A program made the position numbers and the translations under genes. A DNA stretch of 63,970 nt, filler included, from Dirinaria sp. TL-2023a (lineage: Eukaryota): assembly GCA_051941275.1 (NCBI GenBank). It is 42 parts of 42 records of this genome, joined end to end, with 100 filler letters (N's around TTAATTAATTAA, not from the genome) between each part and the next. Parts side by side here need not be neighbours in the genome. Positions count along the whole stretch, not along the records: positions 24,806 to 26,236 come from JAVEBF010002731.1; positions 26,337 to 27,766 come from JAVEBF010002732.1; positions 27,867 to 29,293 come from JAVEBF010002733.1; positions 29,394 to 30,818 come from JAVEBF010002734.1; positions 30,919 to 32,341 come from JAVEBF010002735.1; positions 32,442 to 33,860 come from JAVEBF010002736.1; positions 33,961 to 35,378 come from JAVEBF010002737.1; positions 35,479 to 36,896 come from JAVEBF010002738.1; 34 more parts are not named here. One strand, written 5' to 3'. This document shows, piece after piece, positions 25,975 through 38,370 of the stretch (position 1 is its first letter; each line of letters opens with the position of its first letter). The notes below the pieces were generated by a model. The model ran no database searches, was not told where the DNA came from, and saw nothing but the letters and a program-made list of their open reading frames with translations.

Positions 25975-26236
25975 GTTACGTTCTATCAGTCTAATATCTA
26001 GGGTTAGGTCCTAAAAAGGAAAGGTGCTAGGGTTTGATCTGTTGAAGAGGTCTGTTAAGAAACAACGAATGTTTTTGAGATGATATGACGATATCACAAC
26101 AAGATACAAGTTACTCTGAGCAGTAAATAGCTATTGCAAAAATGTTGAACACGATGCTAGAAGAGCGTTGTTATGCTAGTAAGAAGTTCCTTATGGAAAT
26201 CAAGTACTAGCTAGGTTATGTGGCAATGTGCAATAG
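25975..26236. repeat. Probable LTR fragment (unassigned family)
   Basis: TGTTAC start coincides with an abrupt compositional switch; no second copy in the window. Confidence 0.4.
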
Positions 26237-26336
26237 NNNNNNNNNNNNNNNNNNNNNNNNNNNNNNNNNNNNNNNNNNNNTTAATTAATTAANNNNNNNN
26301 NNNNNNNNNNNNNNNNNNNNNNNNNNNNNNNNNNNN

Positions 26337-27708
26337 AGTCAACAGGCCGAGTGGCGCTCATCTCAATCTGGGTGGACGAGTGGATCCACAAACATCACGT
26401 TACCTTCATCAAGACTCCGCGCTTGCGAACTCTCTGCTAGCTCAGCAAGCGAATGGAAACGCACAACCTTTCGGCTATCAATTCTCTCAGCTGGCAGAGG
26501 TCGACTATGCACCACAGACCAGTCTACCTAGACCCCACGATGCGCTTCCGATCGACACGGCATACGCTTCACAGCCGGAGTCAACGTATGGGTCGCCTCG
26601 AGAAGATAACCGTTTACCGCTCTCTCCAGTCGCCCACCTTAGCGCTCTCGATGCTCCGATGCCAGCATCATTTGACAGTCAAGGCATATCCTACATGGCA
26701 AGACATGGTCCTGTGGCTGCTTCTGTACCTTCGAAGTTCGGCCTCGAGTCTCCACCGTCGTCATTGCCTCAGAAGGCTATGATACCGTCCGACTCTGTGC
26801 GTAACGTACCTGAATCCGCTTACAATAAGGACATGCGCTCCAAGGTCCCAAACATGGGTTCATCTCCCATTGGCTCGGGAGACGAAGGGCCTGGGCAGAG
26901 GATCATGCACTCGCAGAGAGTGACGAAGCCTAAAATGATGTCAGCAAGCTTGCCCAGAGTGCGAGCCAACGACGAATGGGATGACCAATTCATGTTCGGC
27001 GGAGAAGAGGACTTCTTACCCACCAGCCTTCACGATCTACTGACTCCACAGGAGAAGATGCGACGATTGTCACGGACGGAAAACGAAGCGAGTAGCCACC
27101 GCGAACAGCTCAGCGGCATCGGTTCTCCAGCGGAGCCGTCCAGCAAATTCGGTTCTCCCAGCGGCGCAAGCCCATCGCGGTACGGCGCTCTTTTCGCCCG
27201 ACAAAAGCGGGATGAGGAGAGCCATCCGGCGCACAACTCAGCATTCGGCCATGTTGGCTCGCCACTTCGCAACTCCTCCCTTCAGCCAGGCTCCAGCCCC
27301 GGGCTTCGCGCCACCTCCAATCCCACTGTCTCCGGCGATGTGTCACCGTATTTCGCCAGCCCACCGCGGCAGTCGTCGATGTCGGCCCTCTCCCAACAGC
27401 TCTCGCATGCCCGCCTTGCCTCGCGCAACGATCACGCAGGGTCGAACAATGAGCCAGCAACAACGACGACAAAGGGCCTTCATCCCAGCTCCGCGCGCCA
27501 CTCGTCACATTCCAACGGGCGTTCGGACCGCCACTTTTCGTCCTCCAGCTTCGGAACCAACCGGATCGACGAGGAGCAAGGGGAAGGCGTGTTCAGCATG
27601 GAAGAAGAGGAGGAGCACAGCAACAAGCGGTACAGCGGAGGCTGGCATTCTGTCTCGTCCGGTGAGCGGGTCTCGCCACGTCTGGGCCCGATAGGGGGTG
27701 GAAGATAA
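26337..27708 (+). CDS. cps3: Cps3/Scp3-like (Lee1-related) CCCH zinc-finger protein, C-terminal part
   Basis: LSALDAPMPASFDSQGISYMARHGPVAASVP and EEDFLPTSLHDLLTPQEKMRRLSR blocks recalled from this family; the zinc fingers lie outside the contig. Confidence 0.7.
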
Positions 27709-27866
27709 AATCTGTTGCCGCAGCACGGCAGAAGGAGTACATAGCCAGGCCCCAAAAAATGCATATNNNNNNNNNNNNNNNNNNNNNNNNNNNNNNNNNN
27801 NNNNNNNNNNTTAATTAATTAANNNNNNNNNNNNNNNNNNNNNNNNNNNNNNNNNNNNNNNNNNNN

Positions 27867-28488
27867 AAGAAGGGGACTTTGAAGATGTCAAGAGCGTGGC
27901 TGCAATGGACCAGCAGGTAGGAATCTCGACAGAGGAAGAATTCGATCCAATGAAGCCAAAGTTGTGCACAAGTTGTGAGAAGAGGCTTTGCGATTGCATG
28001 TGAGTTATCATTATTTCCCATCACTCGCTGCTTCGAGCTGCTTTTCTGTACTGTACTGCTTGCTATTGTTTTCGAGATCACATTGAAGTATGACACACAA
28101 TTATTGTTTCGACTGGCTTTTTCCGTCTGCCTCCTGTACTTCGCATAGGACCATCTTCCTCCCTCTATACAAACTTTACACAGACATACCCTCTTCCTAC
28201 ATCAACGGACTCAAACATGTCAACGAACTAACATCAACGCACAGCGTTCGCCCCTGCAACCACACCTTCTGCAACACCTGTATCTCTTCTTTCCCCACTT
28301 CCGAACCACCAGACAGCATGAAATGCCCCCGCTGCTCCGCTCCTATTCACCACGTCGCGGGCTTCTCGGCACCGATGAACATCCCCGGAGAGGAAGCATT
28401 GAAGATCAACGTACCCGTGCGCCTTTTGGAGGTGAACCACGATGACGGGAGGGTGAGGCTTAAGAGCTCTTACGAAAGTAGGATTTGA
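27867..28488 (+). CDS. Protein ending in a C3HC4 RING finger (intron 28000-28244)
   Basis: Spliced CTSCEKRLCDCIVRPCNHTFCNTC..CPRC; GTGAGT donor, CTAAC branch point, CAG acceptor. Confidence 0.75.
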
Positions 28489-28612
28489 AGTTCTATCTGC
28501 GGCTGACGGTTTAGTCTTGCGTCGTCAACATTCTTTGACGCATTACGGCTTTATGAGTGAGTAGCTGCTGTGTACGGATCAAGTCTCGCACACGGTCACC
28601 GAGGTTTCTGTA

Positions 28613-28645
<33 letters not shown>

Positions 28646-29393
28646 TTCTCAATCACTATTTTGACGATTTTTTCGAATCTAGATACTTTATGCTTTGCCT
28701 TTACAGATAGCTGGATCTCCCCACTTATGAAATCAATCCACAGTCATCACTGAACAGATAAGCCTCGAGATGTCGGTCCCATCATCAAATGAACTATGAG
28801 CTAGAATTCCATATCTGAGAATCACATTCTCAACAGGACGCCAAAGTAACCTTCATGATTCCCGGAATCCGACTCTCATTACTTATGGAACCCCCCCTCA
28901 CAATCCAAAAAATGATCTATCAACGCTCAATCACCCCCCCATCTCCCACTCAAAACCCATCAAAGCTCCTTAAAAAAAAAAACAAAAAATCGCCAAAAAC
29001 GCTCCAAAGAAGAAAAAATTATCCGAGAACTTCGTTGACAAGTCAGAACCAATAAGATGAGCAAGATTCTTCATGGTTCCTCTACGGTCATGACCGCACC
29101 AAAAAAAAAAAATGCGCCAATGGAAAAGACATTCTTGGGTTCCCCTTTTATGAAAAACCTGTGGGATTCAAGTCATTTAGTTCGTTTTTCTCTCTCTCTC
29201 TCTAAGAGACGCTGAGTAACGTCAGCATCTCTTGCTAAAGTGCTCGCCTCTAGGGATCTTTTTTTTTTTTCTTCTTTCGATGTTTATTTATTTNNNNNNN
29301 NNNNNNNNNNNNNNNNNNNNNNNNNNNNNNNNNNNNNTTAATTAATTAANNNNNNNNNNNNNNNNNNNNNNNNNNNNNNNNNNNNNNNNNNNN

Positions 29394-29944
29394 AATACAT
29401 TCTGTGGTCTCGATAGCACAACTGAAATCTATTCCCAGGACGGTCGATCCGTATAATCGTCCACTCCTCGATCACTCAGACTTCGTTTTCGTCGAGAGCG
29501 ACATCGAGAAGATCAAATTCTATGAGATAAAGCGAATAATACGTCATCGTGTTATCAAACGTCGTGATACGAAATATCTAGTCAGATGAAAAGACTATGA
29601 TTCAGAGTACGATGAATGAAGAAATGACTCAGAAATGAAGAACGCACAGAACCTGATTAAGAAGTACGAGCAACGAATAACATCGATGATCGACTCGCAG
29701 GATCGCAGCTCATCTAGATCTGTCAAGAAATCTACTCTCATCGTCATCAAATCTACTAATAGCACGAAGAAAATAGTGTCATTGACTGAGAGCTCGAAGT
29801 CTTCTAATACTAGCATAGTACTACGCAATTCTAGGATCGTTTTTCTCAATCAATTCATCACTCGTCGATCTATTAGATTGCTGAAGAACGATCGAGTCAC
29901 ATGACATCGAGGTCGACGTCTTTTTTCTTTTGCGGTGAGCAGGT
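29394..29944 (+). mobile_element. Decayed chromovirus integrase end plus chromodomain (family B)
   Basis: IHSVVSIAQLK..FYEIKRIIRHRVIKRRDTKYLVR*KDYDSEYDE* (from YLVRWKGYGPEYDEW). Confidence 0.88.
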
Positions 29945-30193
29945 TGTTATAGCATGACTTGATATTGCTATTTAGATGAATCAGAGTTTCTGGTTCAATA
30001 GCGCGGTCAGGGTTCATATGACTCTGGTGACTGCACTTTGAGGCGTCTTTCTAGTCACCTCTCTATTACTATATCACATCTAGACTAGCTAGCTTTCCTG
30101 GTATATAGACGGTCCTTCTGAACTTAGCAACTTAGACTTGAATACACTCATTCTCCCACTTTTTGGACGTTGCTATTTGGCATCACAACAACA
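29945..30193 (+). repeat. 3' LTR of the family B element (LTR G)
   Basis: TGTTAT...CAACA after a purine-rich tract; homologous to the solo LTR at 8813-9059. Confidence 0.85.
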
Positions 30194-30818
30194 CGGAATT
30201 TCATAGCCCCGATGTAATCGTAATAGCACCTGGTCGTCTTCTTTCAAAAACATGCTCTGGTGCTTAGAATTATAGATCCTAACGGTCTGCATCTGTGCGA
30301 AAGCTATGACGTTCGCGACGACTATTCGAGTGATCACGAAAATGAATTTCACGTCAGATGATTTCGTAAACTCTAGTAAGTCGATCGATTGCACAGAGAT
30401 AAATTCATAGACAGCCTCATTAGAAATATGCTCAGTCGTCGTAAATCGACTGTTATTGATGTCACGCTGAATACGAAGTAGAATTCTGATTCATTCGATA
30501 GAGTTCGACATGTCGGCAAGATAAAATCGAAAAGCAATCTCAACAGTTTGATTAATTCTTTCGCTCTGATCGTCCGTCTGAGAATGATAAGTCGTGATAT
30601 ACATGAGCTTGATGTCTAAACGATTGAAGATGGACTTTCACATATTCGATAAGAACTTTGAGTCTCGATCGAAGATAATGACCTTGAGAATACCTCAGTC
30701 TGCTACATTCAAGCGATCAAGTAAGATCACGTCTCATTGCTGTGCAGATCATTTAGTTTTGCCAGATATAAGGGTTACACGCTTTGTAAACTTGCACGTG
30801 ACTGACATAACAGAGTTC
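30194..30818 (-). mobile_element. Decayed gypsy integrase core, interrupted by the element above
   Basis: IFDRDSKFLSNM* (from SDRDPKFLS), TTYHSQTDDQSERINQTVE (from YHPQTDGQSER), VLLRLHRGYEIP. Confidence 0.88.
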
Positions 30819-32934
30819 NNNNNNNNNNNNNNNNNNNNNNNNNNNNNNNNNNNNNNNNNNNNTTAATTAATTAANNNNNNNNNNNNNNNNNNNNNNNNNN
30901 NNNNNNNNNNNNNNNNNNCTCTAGTTTCCTCCCAAAATTCTCGGGCGCATTAAAGATATCCCTGGCAATCGAATTGTACCGGGTTTCGCAACTCAGTAGT
31001 ATCAGATGCAGCTCAGATCCCCCAGCCTCACACATTCCAGAGGAACCATGGACAAAAGAAGAAGACAAGGTCCGGCAAGCGGTTGGGGCGGGAACCTGCC
31101 GCTCTTGCTCTTTGAGCCTCCTTGGACTCGTGGAAGTCGTGGGATGAGGCTGGAAGCCACCACACGCATGATACGGAGCAGCAGTGGCATCACAAGGGCT
31201 TTGTCTGAACGAACATGGTGACGTCTGGGTGCGTCGTATATAGGTTGTTATCGGGCCGACGCCCTTCTGTGAAAGAATGCAGTCTTGTTAACAGGCATCC
31301 TACATATTGTTAGCCAGCGAAAAGGCAGCAGGCCAGTTCTGATGAGAGAGAGAATGGTAGGTATAGTATAGTACAACCCAAAAGGATTATAAAAAACAAG
31401 GAAATCAAGTCAAAAGGCCACAGCAACTCCTATTCGGTTCAAACTCTTGCCCTATGAAGTTGCATGTTCCAGAGATTGCCCTTATCCCTCTAGCAGAGGT
31501 GATACAGAAGTATCTCGTCGTGACTACAGCAATAACATATTTTAGGTAAGATTGTGACTGCTAAGGTATGTCAACTCATCCGACAGTGACGGTATGTCAG
31601 AAGGCCAACCTCAAAACCCTATTCTGTGCTGGAAAATAAGGTAGGCTATGTAGGTATGTATGACATGGGTATGTACTGTAGATAGTTTCCACAACACTGC
31701 AATAGCTTCAAGTATTTGGGCGATATGCCCAAATTCATGGTCTACAATGCGAGTTCAAATTCGAATCCGGGGCGCATACACTACTGTGTCGTACTTATCA
31801 CAAGGTTAAAGCTTAGGCGGTCCTTATTATCCCATCTATCTACAGACTCCTTTCGAGTACACTTTGCTACCTTATTTTCGTTCCCTCCATTGCCACCCAC
31901 CGATGCCCGGAAAGAATTCAATCAGACTCCACCAATCCCCAGAATTAGGAGCAAGGTGTCAAAACCCATTCGTTGCCAGACCGCCCAGATGGACATGGAC
32001 TCAACTTTTAGTACACCTCAACATATCGTAACTTCGGCGATGAGACTTTGGTGAGAGACAGCAGGTAATGATCTGTTGACGCCGAAGTCGTGTTTCGATC
32101 CTGTCTGGGTGTGAAATCGTTGCCGACGGATACGTTCTTTATAGTTTTACAGCAAGCCCACCCACGTGCGGCCAGAGGAAGGAAAAAGATTGCCCGGAAG
32201 CCGCGATCCCAGGTTCATGTAATATCAGATGGGTTTGACCCCTCTCTTTGAAATGTCTTTAGCAAGCTTGGTAGCATCAGTTGACCGCTTGCTTCAGGTT
32301 AGGTGACACCAAAGGCTTGGTTGAACCCTTCTCATCCCAGGNNNNNNNNNNNNNNNNNNNNNNNNNNNNNNNNNNNNNNNNNNNNTTAATTAATTAANNN
32401 NNNNNNNNNNNNNNNNNNNNNNNNNNNNNNNNNNNNNNNNNGTTGGTGAGTGCGGATGAAACTCATGCTTGCGAACTTTGGGCAGTTGAAGTGCCGGGAT
32501 GTGTAATTTTGTATTAAGAAAAGGAAGACTGCGATATTTAGCTGCCAAAAGGATTTATTTTTTTTTAATTGCACTTTGGCTCTACCTTATTAAAGTTATC
32601 ATACAGACATTCTCAAAGTACGACGTCATCATAAACCGATAGATTGACAGGGGTTCGGGTAGTAGTAGCTTGCGGTGTGAGATATCCGGTCTTAGCAAAG
32701 CTTGTCACCAATCTTGGTACTCGTACTCTACATTCAAGCCCTACCTGGGCCCTACTCTACTCCATAAGCTCCGGTCTCCGGAGTATACCCGGCCAATCCT
32801 CAAGCATAAGCTGAATCTCGCCGAACCCTTCGGAGATCCAAAATCTCCCTCTCTCTCACACACGGACATTAATATTCTATCTAACCACCTCCCTTTCCCC
32901 CTCTCTCTCTGATCCTCGTAAAGCCCCACACACA

Positions 32935-33786
32935 ATGGCAGCAGCAGTGAAAGCGCTGAACGCCAAGATTCGCTCGAATACAGTGCTCGACTATATCTGC
33001 TCCACACGTACGTTTGCAACCCATCCACCCCGCCCGCCCCGCAAGTCCCTATGGCAATCACAGTCCCACCGAGCCGCGCGGTGGGGAGAATTGAATAAAT
33101 GGCTGACGCTTATTTCTCTCTCTGTGTGTGTGTACAGATTTCTGGGGCCCAGTATCCAACTTCGGGATCCCGATAGCAGCGGTGTTGGACACGCAGAAGG
33201 ATGCCGAGCTGTACGTTCTTTTTCATCCCACCTACTCAAATCATTAGAGAACCCCAGAGTTAGGAGGGGGGAGGGGAGGGGCATCCATCCAGAGCAGCGA
33301 TAGCTGATACGGGAATTTTTGCGAGAGAAATACAGGATATCCGGCCGGATGACGGGCGCGCTGACGCTCTACTCCGCAACCTTCATGCGCTACGCCTTGG
33401 CCGTCACGCCCAAGAATTACCTGCTGTTCGCGTGCCACACGGTGAATTTCGGGGCGCAGGTGACGCAGGGGGTGCGGTTCTTGCAGTACTGGAAGTACGT
33501 ATCCCCTCCTCCTCCCACTTCCTACCCTTGCAGAACTTTCTTTTCTTGTTTCACAAAAGCAGGTTCTTCTCAGACAGGATGTTCTGACTTTATCTTTCCT
33601 GTTTGTTTGTTGGGATATAGTTTCGGTGGCCGCGAAGCACAGCTCCAGGAACGAGCGCAGCAGGGGATTCAATCCACCGAGGCAGAGGCGAAAGGGTTAC
33701 TAGCGGGCGCGGAAGAGAAAGGGAAGGGATTCGTTGATGATGCGAAGAGGAAGGCGGCTGAGGTGAAGGATAAAGTCACGAGGTGA
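32935..33786 (+). CDS. MPC1: Mitochondrial pyruvate carrier 1, complete; exons ~32935-33007, 33139-33210, 33337-33495, 33621-33786
   Basis: DYICSTH/FWGPVSNFGIPIAAVLD..ISGRMTGALTLYSATFMRYALAVTPKNYLLFACH; canonical introns. Confidence 0.96.
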
Positions 33787-33960
33787 GATTTTTATCTAAG
33801 GTCGGGATTTTTTTGGTCATGGGTGGTTGGTAGGGAGGGTGGTTGATGCTTGTTGTATATNNNNNNNNNNNNNNNNNNNNNNNNNNNNNNNNNNNNNNNN
33901 NNNNTTAATTAATTAANNNNNNNNNNNNNNNNNNNNNNNNNNNNNNNNNNNNNNNNNNNN

Positions 33961-34429
33961 CCATTACCGCCTCCGCGAGATGCAGCGGGCGGGCCCCCTC
34001 CCCCCCCTCTGCCTCCGCCGTCTGGACGAGAATCTACAACTGCTCCGGCTCTGCCGCAACCGTCAGGTGCAAGAGACGATCTTCTTGCTTCGATACGTGG
34101 AAGCGGAGGTGTTGGCGGTGGCCGACTGAAACGAGTCAGTAGTGCGGAAAGAAATGATCGAAGTGCCGCAGCAGTCCCCGGTGCAGCAGCCAACTCAACT
34201 GGCCCCAGCGGTGGCGGAGGAGCAGCAGCAAGTGGAGGAAGTGGCGGTGGCGGCCTAGCTGACGCATTGGCCGCCGCATTGAGCCAAAGAAATAAGAAAG
34301 TGAGCGCCAGTGGTATGTTAAATCTTGGCTCCTTCCGCTCCTGCCCCAAATCACTGCTAACAGAAGGTCACCTGCATAGATGATGAAGATGATGATGATG
34401 ACTGGGACGACACCCCGAAACGGAAATAG
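33961..34429 (+). CDS. LAS17: WASP/Las17/Wsp1 C-terminus (polyproline, WH2, central, acidic); intron 34313-34379; absent from the ORF track
   Basis: PPPPPLPP..GARDDLLASIRGSGG..LKRV..LADALAAALSQRNKKVSAS/DDEDDDDDW. Confidence 0.9.
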
Positions 34430-35478
34430 ATCACTCGTGTCCCCAAGTTCCTGTGTAATTTTATCAGTTTTGCGCAATAATAGCTTTCCAAACACGATAA
34501 TCCGAGCCGATTCGTATGCTATCAATAAGCCGCAGGAGAGAGCCATAGAAAGTGCTCGCATGGCTATTATACCATCCAAACCAAAAACCAAAAAAAAACA
34601 TAAGTATGCTTTCAGTTCGAATCTCATTCTCGTACTGCAACACGTCCCCATGAAAGGTCCACCTAGTCACTCTGTTCAAGGTCTCATGAAATAGAAGTGT
34701 TCATACGTCCAACTCCATAAAGTATACCTTAGGCTTACTGTGTGTATGAAGCAGTAAAGGTAAGGCTAAGGTTTATCCTCGCCGGTTCTTACCCAGAGAA
34801 TACTATCCCAATATGCTCAGCAGAAAGGCAGGGGGTTTCTATGCCCGAAATTTGTCGCTTAAGGTAAGGTGGATAGGTAGGCAGGCTAGCACGTATGTAT
34901 CTTTAATAAAGCTTTCAATCATAAATGTATATCCCTCGTTTCTGTTACCTCGTCTGTCAGACCTGATACTTCCAACCCGGGTTTTATATCTCTCCGACCA
35001 GTGTATGTATTATCATCGCCAACAAAAAAAAAACTCAAAAAAAGCGCCTGTATTAAAGTACTGAACCCTATCAATACAATACCCCGTAGCCTTGATTACC
35101 TTATATTTCGTTTCCCCAAACATATAAAAACTCTGGAACTGGGAATGGATATTCAATCCAGCTTTAGCTTGCACATTTTCCTTTTAGGCTGATTTATATC
35201 CCTGTTTATTTTTACGCCTCGCTTCATTAAATGCAAAGAGCCCAGTAAATTATATGAAATATAGGATTGCATCATAAGGGTTATGAAGGATGTAGAACTA
35301 AGTTGGCGGATGCTTTTCTCTTCCGTTGGTACGGTTCGGCGGGCATTCGTTGATCAATGCAGTGAGTCGTATAGACTCNNNNNNNNNNNNNNNNNNNNNN
35401 NNNNNNNNNNNNNNNNNNNNNNTTAATTAATTAANNNNNNNNNNNNNNNNNNNNNNNNNNNNNNNNNNNNNNNNNNNN

Positions 35479-36165
35479 TATGATATTCTCTGCTTGTGAG
35501 TGGGGTAGCGCGTTTGATGGCAGACTGGACTGCTGTACAGGAGGCACATCGGGAAAGGAATTCGTACGATTATAAGTGCTCAAAGCCGCCAAATCATCGT
35601 TGCCAGCTACTTCATCCCAGGTAGTCTTAGTAGGAGCAGAGGAACTCCAAAACCACTCAGATGCGGCAGCATCAGAAGGGTGCTTTTCACTCCCCTGCGC
35701 TTCAAAGATGGTGTCGTTTTGTCCCTTATTAGGTAGTACTTCTGAGTCCGATCCATTGAGCTGTTCGTCAAGCGGAGATCTTGTTGTATCGCCAATAGTC
35801 ACTCCATGCTGCAACTTTAGGGGTTGTTGCTCGTTACGCACCAGTCCAGATTGATCCCCTAGTACTGCATGATTCGAAACTTTCGCACTCTTAGGAGACC
35901 CACGCTGACGATCCACCGGGCTCGGTTCTCGCTCGAAATATGCTTGGGCAGAGCCTGCCGGTGTCGAAGAGAGCTCTGGGGCCATTACAGCATCCTGATT
36001 ATTTTGATGGTCGTCGGAATCCTTTTCCAACACAGAATCTGCTTTGGAAACGTCCGAATGCTTCTGTATTCCATTGACAACCTCGTTTGTGTCTGGTCTA
36101 CGAGCTGGGTGCCAGTCCCCGAGTGTATGTCCTGGACCCTGCGTAGCTAGCATTGGAGGCTCCAT
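35479..36165 (-). CDS. SEC16: COPII coat assembly protein Sec16, N-terminal part
   Basis: WHPARRPD and RTNSFPDVPP motifs recalled from Pezizomycotina Sec16 N-termini; the rest is low complexity. Confidence 0.65.
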
Positions 36166-36695
36166 GTTAATTCTAGTAGAAGTCGGATTGAATCATTAGT
36201 GAAGATGGAATTTCCGCAGACGGAACGAATGGACTATAACATTGCCCCTTGTAAGCCACGCGGCGGAAAAGCAGAGAGCTAAGATTCTTACCGAGCTGAT
36301 CACACATGTCCATTCAGGGATGATAACAGATGGATAGCGCGCTAAGATTTTCTCCCAGACTTCATTGTAACGGAGGTTCGCACAGGCATTAGTAGTCGCC
36401 TCGATTCTGGATCCTCGAAATGGCAATATATTCTGACAAGTCGGCTTACCTCGGCGCTAGTCCGCTTTCGGTAGATCCTCGGTTCCCGCCAGTCTCAGCA
36501 GGCTAGTCACATTGGAGGCATCTGTTCATTTCTCCGCCCCAGTTTCTGAGACACAGGACATGTCGACTAGACCATCAAGAGGTGGTGAGGATATATTAAG
36601 GCCTACGCAGCGCAATCGTTGGAGAATACTCTAGCCGGCAAAGTCACTGTAACAGATTATGCTCAACGAGCCAGCATCGTAGCATCAATGAAGCG

Positions 36696-36896
36696 ATGTC
36701 GAGAGCGCATGCCTCCCAACAACCGAACGCCCCAGACTCACCTACCGAAGAATCAGACTCTGACATCGAGCTCGATCTGCATGAGCTGGACCCAGCTACC
36801 GCAAGTGGTAAGCCTTCCGGTAGTGGCAAGAAGCTGGGGCGGGATGGGCAAGGCAGGCGACACATTGCTCTCAAGAACTTGAGACCTGGACGGGGT
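36696..36896 (+). CDS. NEO1: Probable P4-ATPase Neo1 N-terminus
   Basis: PDSPTEESDSDIELDLHELDP..IALKNLR resembles filamentous-ascomycete Neo1 N-termini; only 67 codons are visible. Confidence 0.55.
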
Positions 36897-37309
36897 NNNN
36901 NNNNNNNNNNNNNNNNNNNNNNNNNNNNNNNNNNNNNNNNTTAATTAATTAANNNNNNNNNNNNNNNNNNNNNNNNNNNNNNNNNNNNNNNNNNNNATGT
37001 TAGTTGTTTAAAATTCTCTAGCTTAGTATTGTGTGGAAACATGCTTCAAGTGTGTTCATCTTATCGTTGACAAGATGTTAGAATAGCAAGTCAAGTAATA
37101 TCGATTTAATGCGACTTTTTCGAAGTCGTTCATGAAATTTTTTGCCTTTTGTAAGGAAAGTCTCTGCATTGCTAAGCTTAATCTAGATTTCAGATAGAAT
37201 AGCAAAAAACTTTTATTATTAGGTGCTTTTCAATATTACCTTTCAAAGTATCTTAAATTAATCTCGTAGGGAAAAGATATTTCACGGAACAACGTTCTTC
37301 ATCGATGTT

Positions 37310-37508
37310 TCAGATTTCTTTGAAAGATAAAGATGCTAATTCATCATCATATACTTGTAACTTGTTCAGATAACGTCCGATCATTTTCATATTCGAATAA
37401 TCTGAATCTTCGAGTTTTGTAAAGTTATTCATTGCTCGCTGATATATCTTCTTCGCCTCGATCAGCTTGCTCTGATCAGCGTAAAGACGGTCCAAGTTGT
37501 TAACGATG
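37310..37508 (-). pseudogene. TPR-repeat (NB-ARC/TPR type) gene relic truncated by an LTR
   Basis: IVNNLDRLYADQSKLIEAKKIYQRAM..EDSDYSN (from TVNNLGxLYxDQGKLxEAExMYQRAL..GPDHP). Confidence 0.75.
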
Positions 37509-37725
37509 TGTTACGAGCATGCACCTGATATACTACCTAGGGCAACACCTCCCAGGGTTCTCAGGGGTAATGCGCTAACCCGGGGTGTTTACCCGACACC
37601 CGCACACACGCATATATACCCGGGACCCCCTATTGTATCTAGTTTTCCTTCTTCTTCTTTCCTTAGTGACAATATCCTTAGTTAATCATATCTGCATTGA
37701 CCAGAGCTCTGCACCGGTTCTAACA
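37509..37725 (+). repeat. Complete LTR, family C
   Basis: TGTTACGAG...CTAACA; partial copies at 7818-7905 and 51873-52012; no TSD, so probably a 5' LTR. Confidence 0.88.
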
Positions 37726-37859
37726 CTATATTATCACTCCATCTAGCTGAGAATGTAAACTTCAGATCACACTCGCGATGCTTGCGGACGAGTATAATCT
37801 TCGCAATTGCCGCAACATGATGTTTCTCTGCTCTTGTGATTTGAGCATCGTTGCATCAT

Positions 37860-38370
37860 CAAGTCCGTGTCATCTCGAGAGTGCGAGAAGACTCTACACG
37901 ACGGAGCAGTTCAAGTTCGTGCCATCTGAAGAATGCGAGAAGACTCTACACGACTGAGCAATTGTGTGAAGTCCGTGCCATCTGAAGAATGCGAGAAAAC
38001 TCTACACGGCTGAGCAACTGTGCGAAATCCGTGCCATTAGAGAATGCGTCGATAAAGTTCTGATGCGGCAGGCAGTTCGAAATTCGTGCCATCAAGAGAA
38101 TGCGACGAAGTCCTGATGCGACAGACAATCGACTTCTTAAAAACCTTTTTTGGTCAAGTCCTACAGTGAGCCTGCTTCAATGACACCGCCAAGGCCTGTT
38201 TAGACACTTTACAAAAGCTCTGCCCGACAGACACCCCTTATAGTGAGTCTGCTTCAATGACAATCACATCGTCAAGGCCTTTTCAGACATTCTACATCGT
38301 CAAGACCTGTTCAGACACTTTACAAAAAGCTCTGCGCGACAGACACTTCATCAAGACCTTCTTAGGCACT
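37860..38370. repeat. Two imperfect tandem arrays (about five ~55-bp units, then AGGCCTGTTyAGACAC-type units)
   Basis: Repeated AAGTCCGTGCCATCTGAAGAATGCGAGAAGACTCTACACG core at 37860-38125; a second array at ~38160-38370. Confidence 0.8.

Noticed and set aside
37860..38125. CRISPR-like array
   Set aside because: The units are imperfect tandem copies without unique spacers, there are no cas genes, and the context is eukaryotic.
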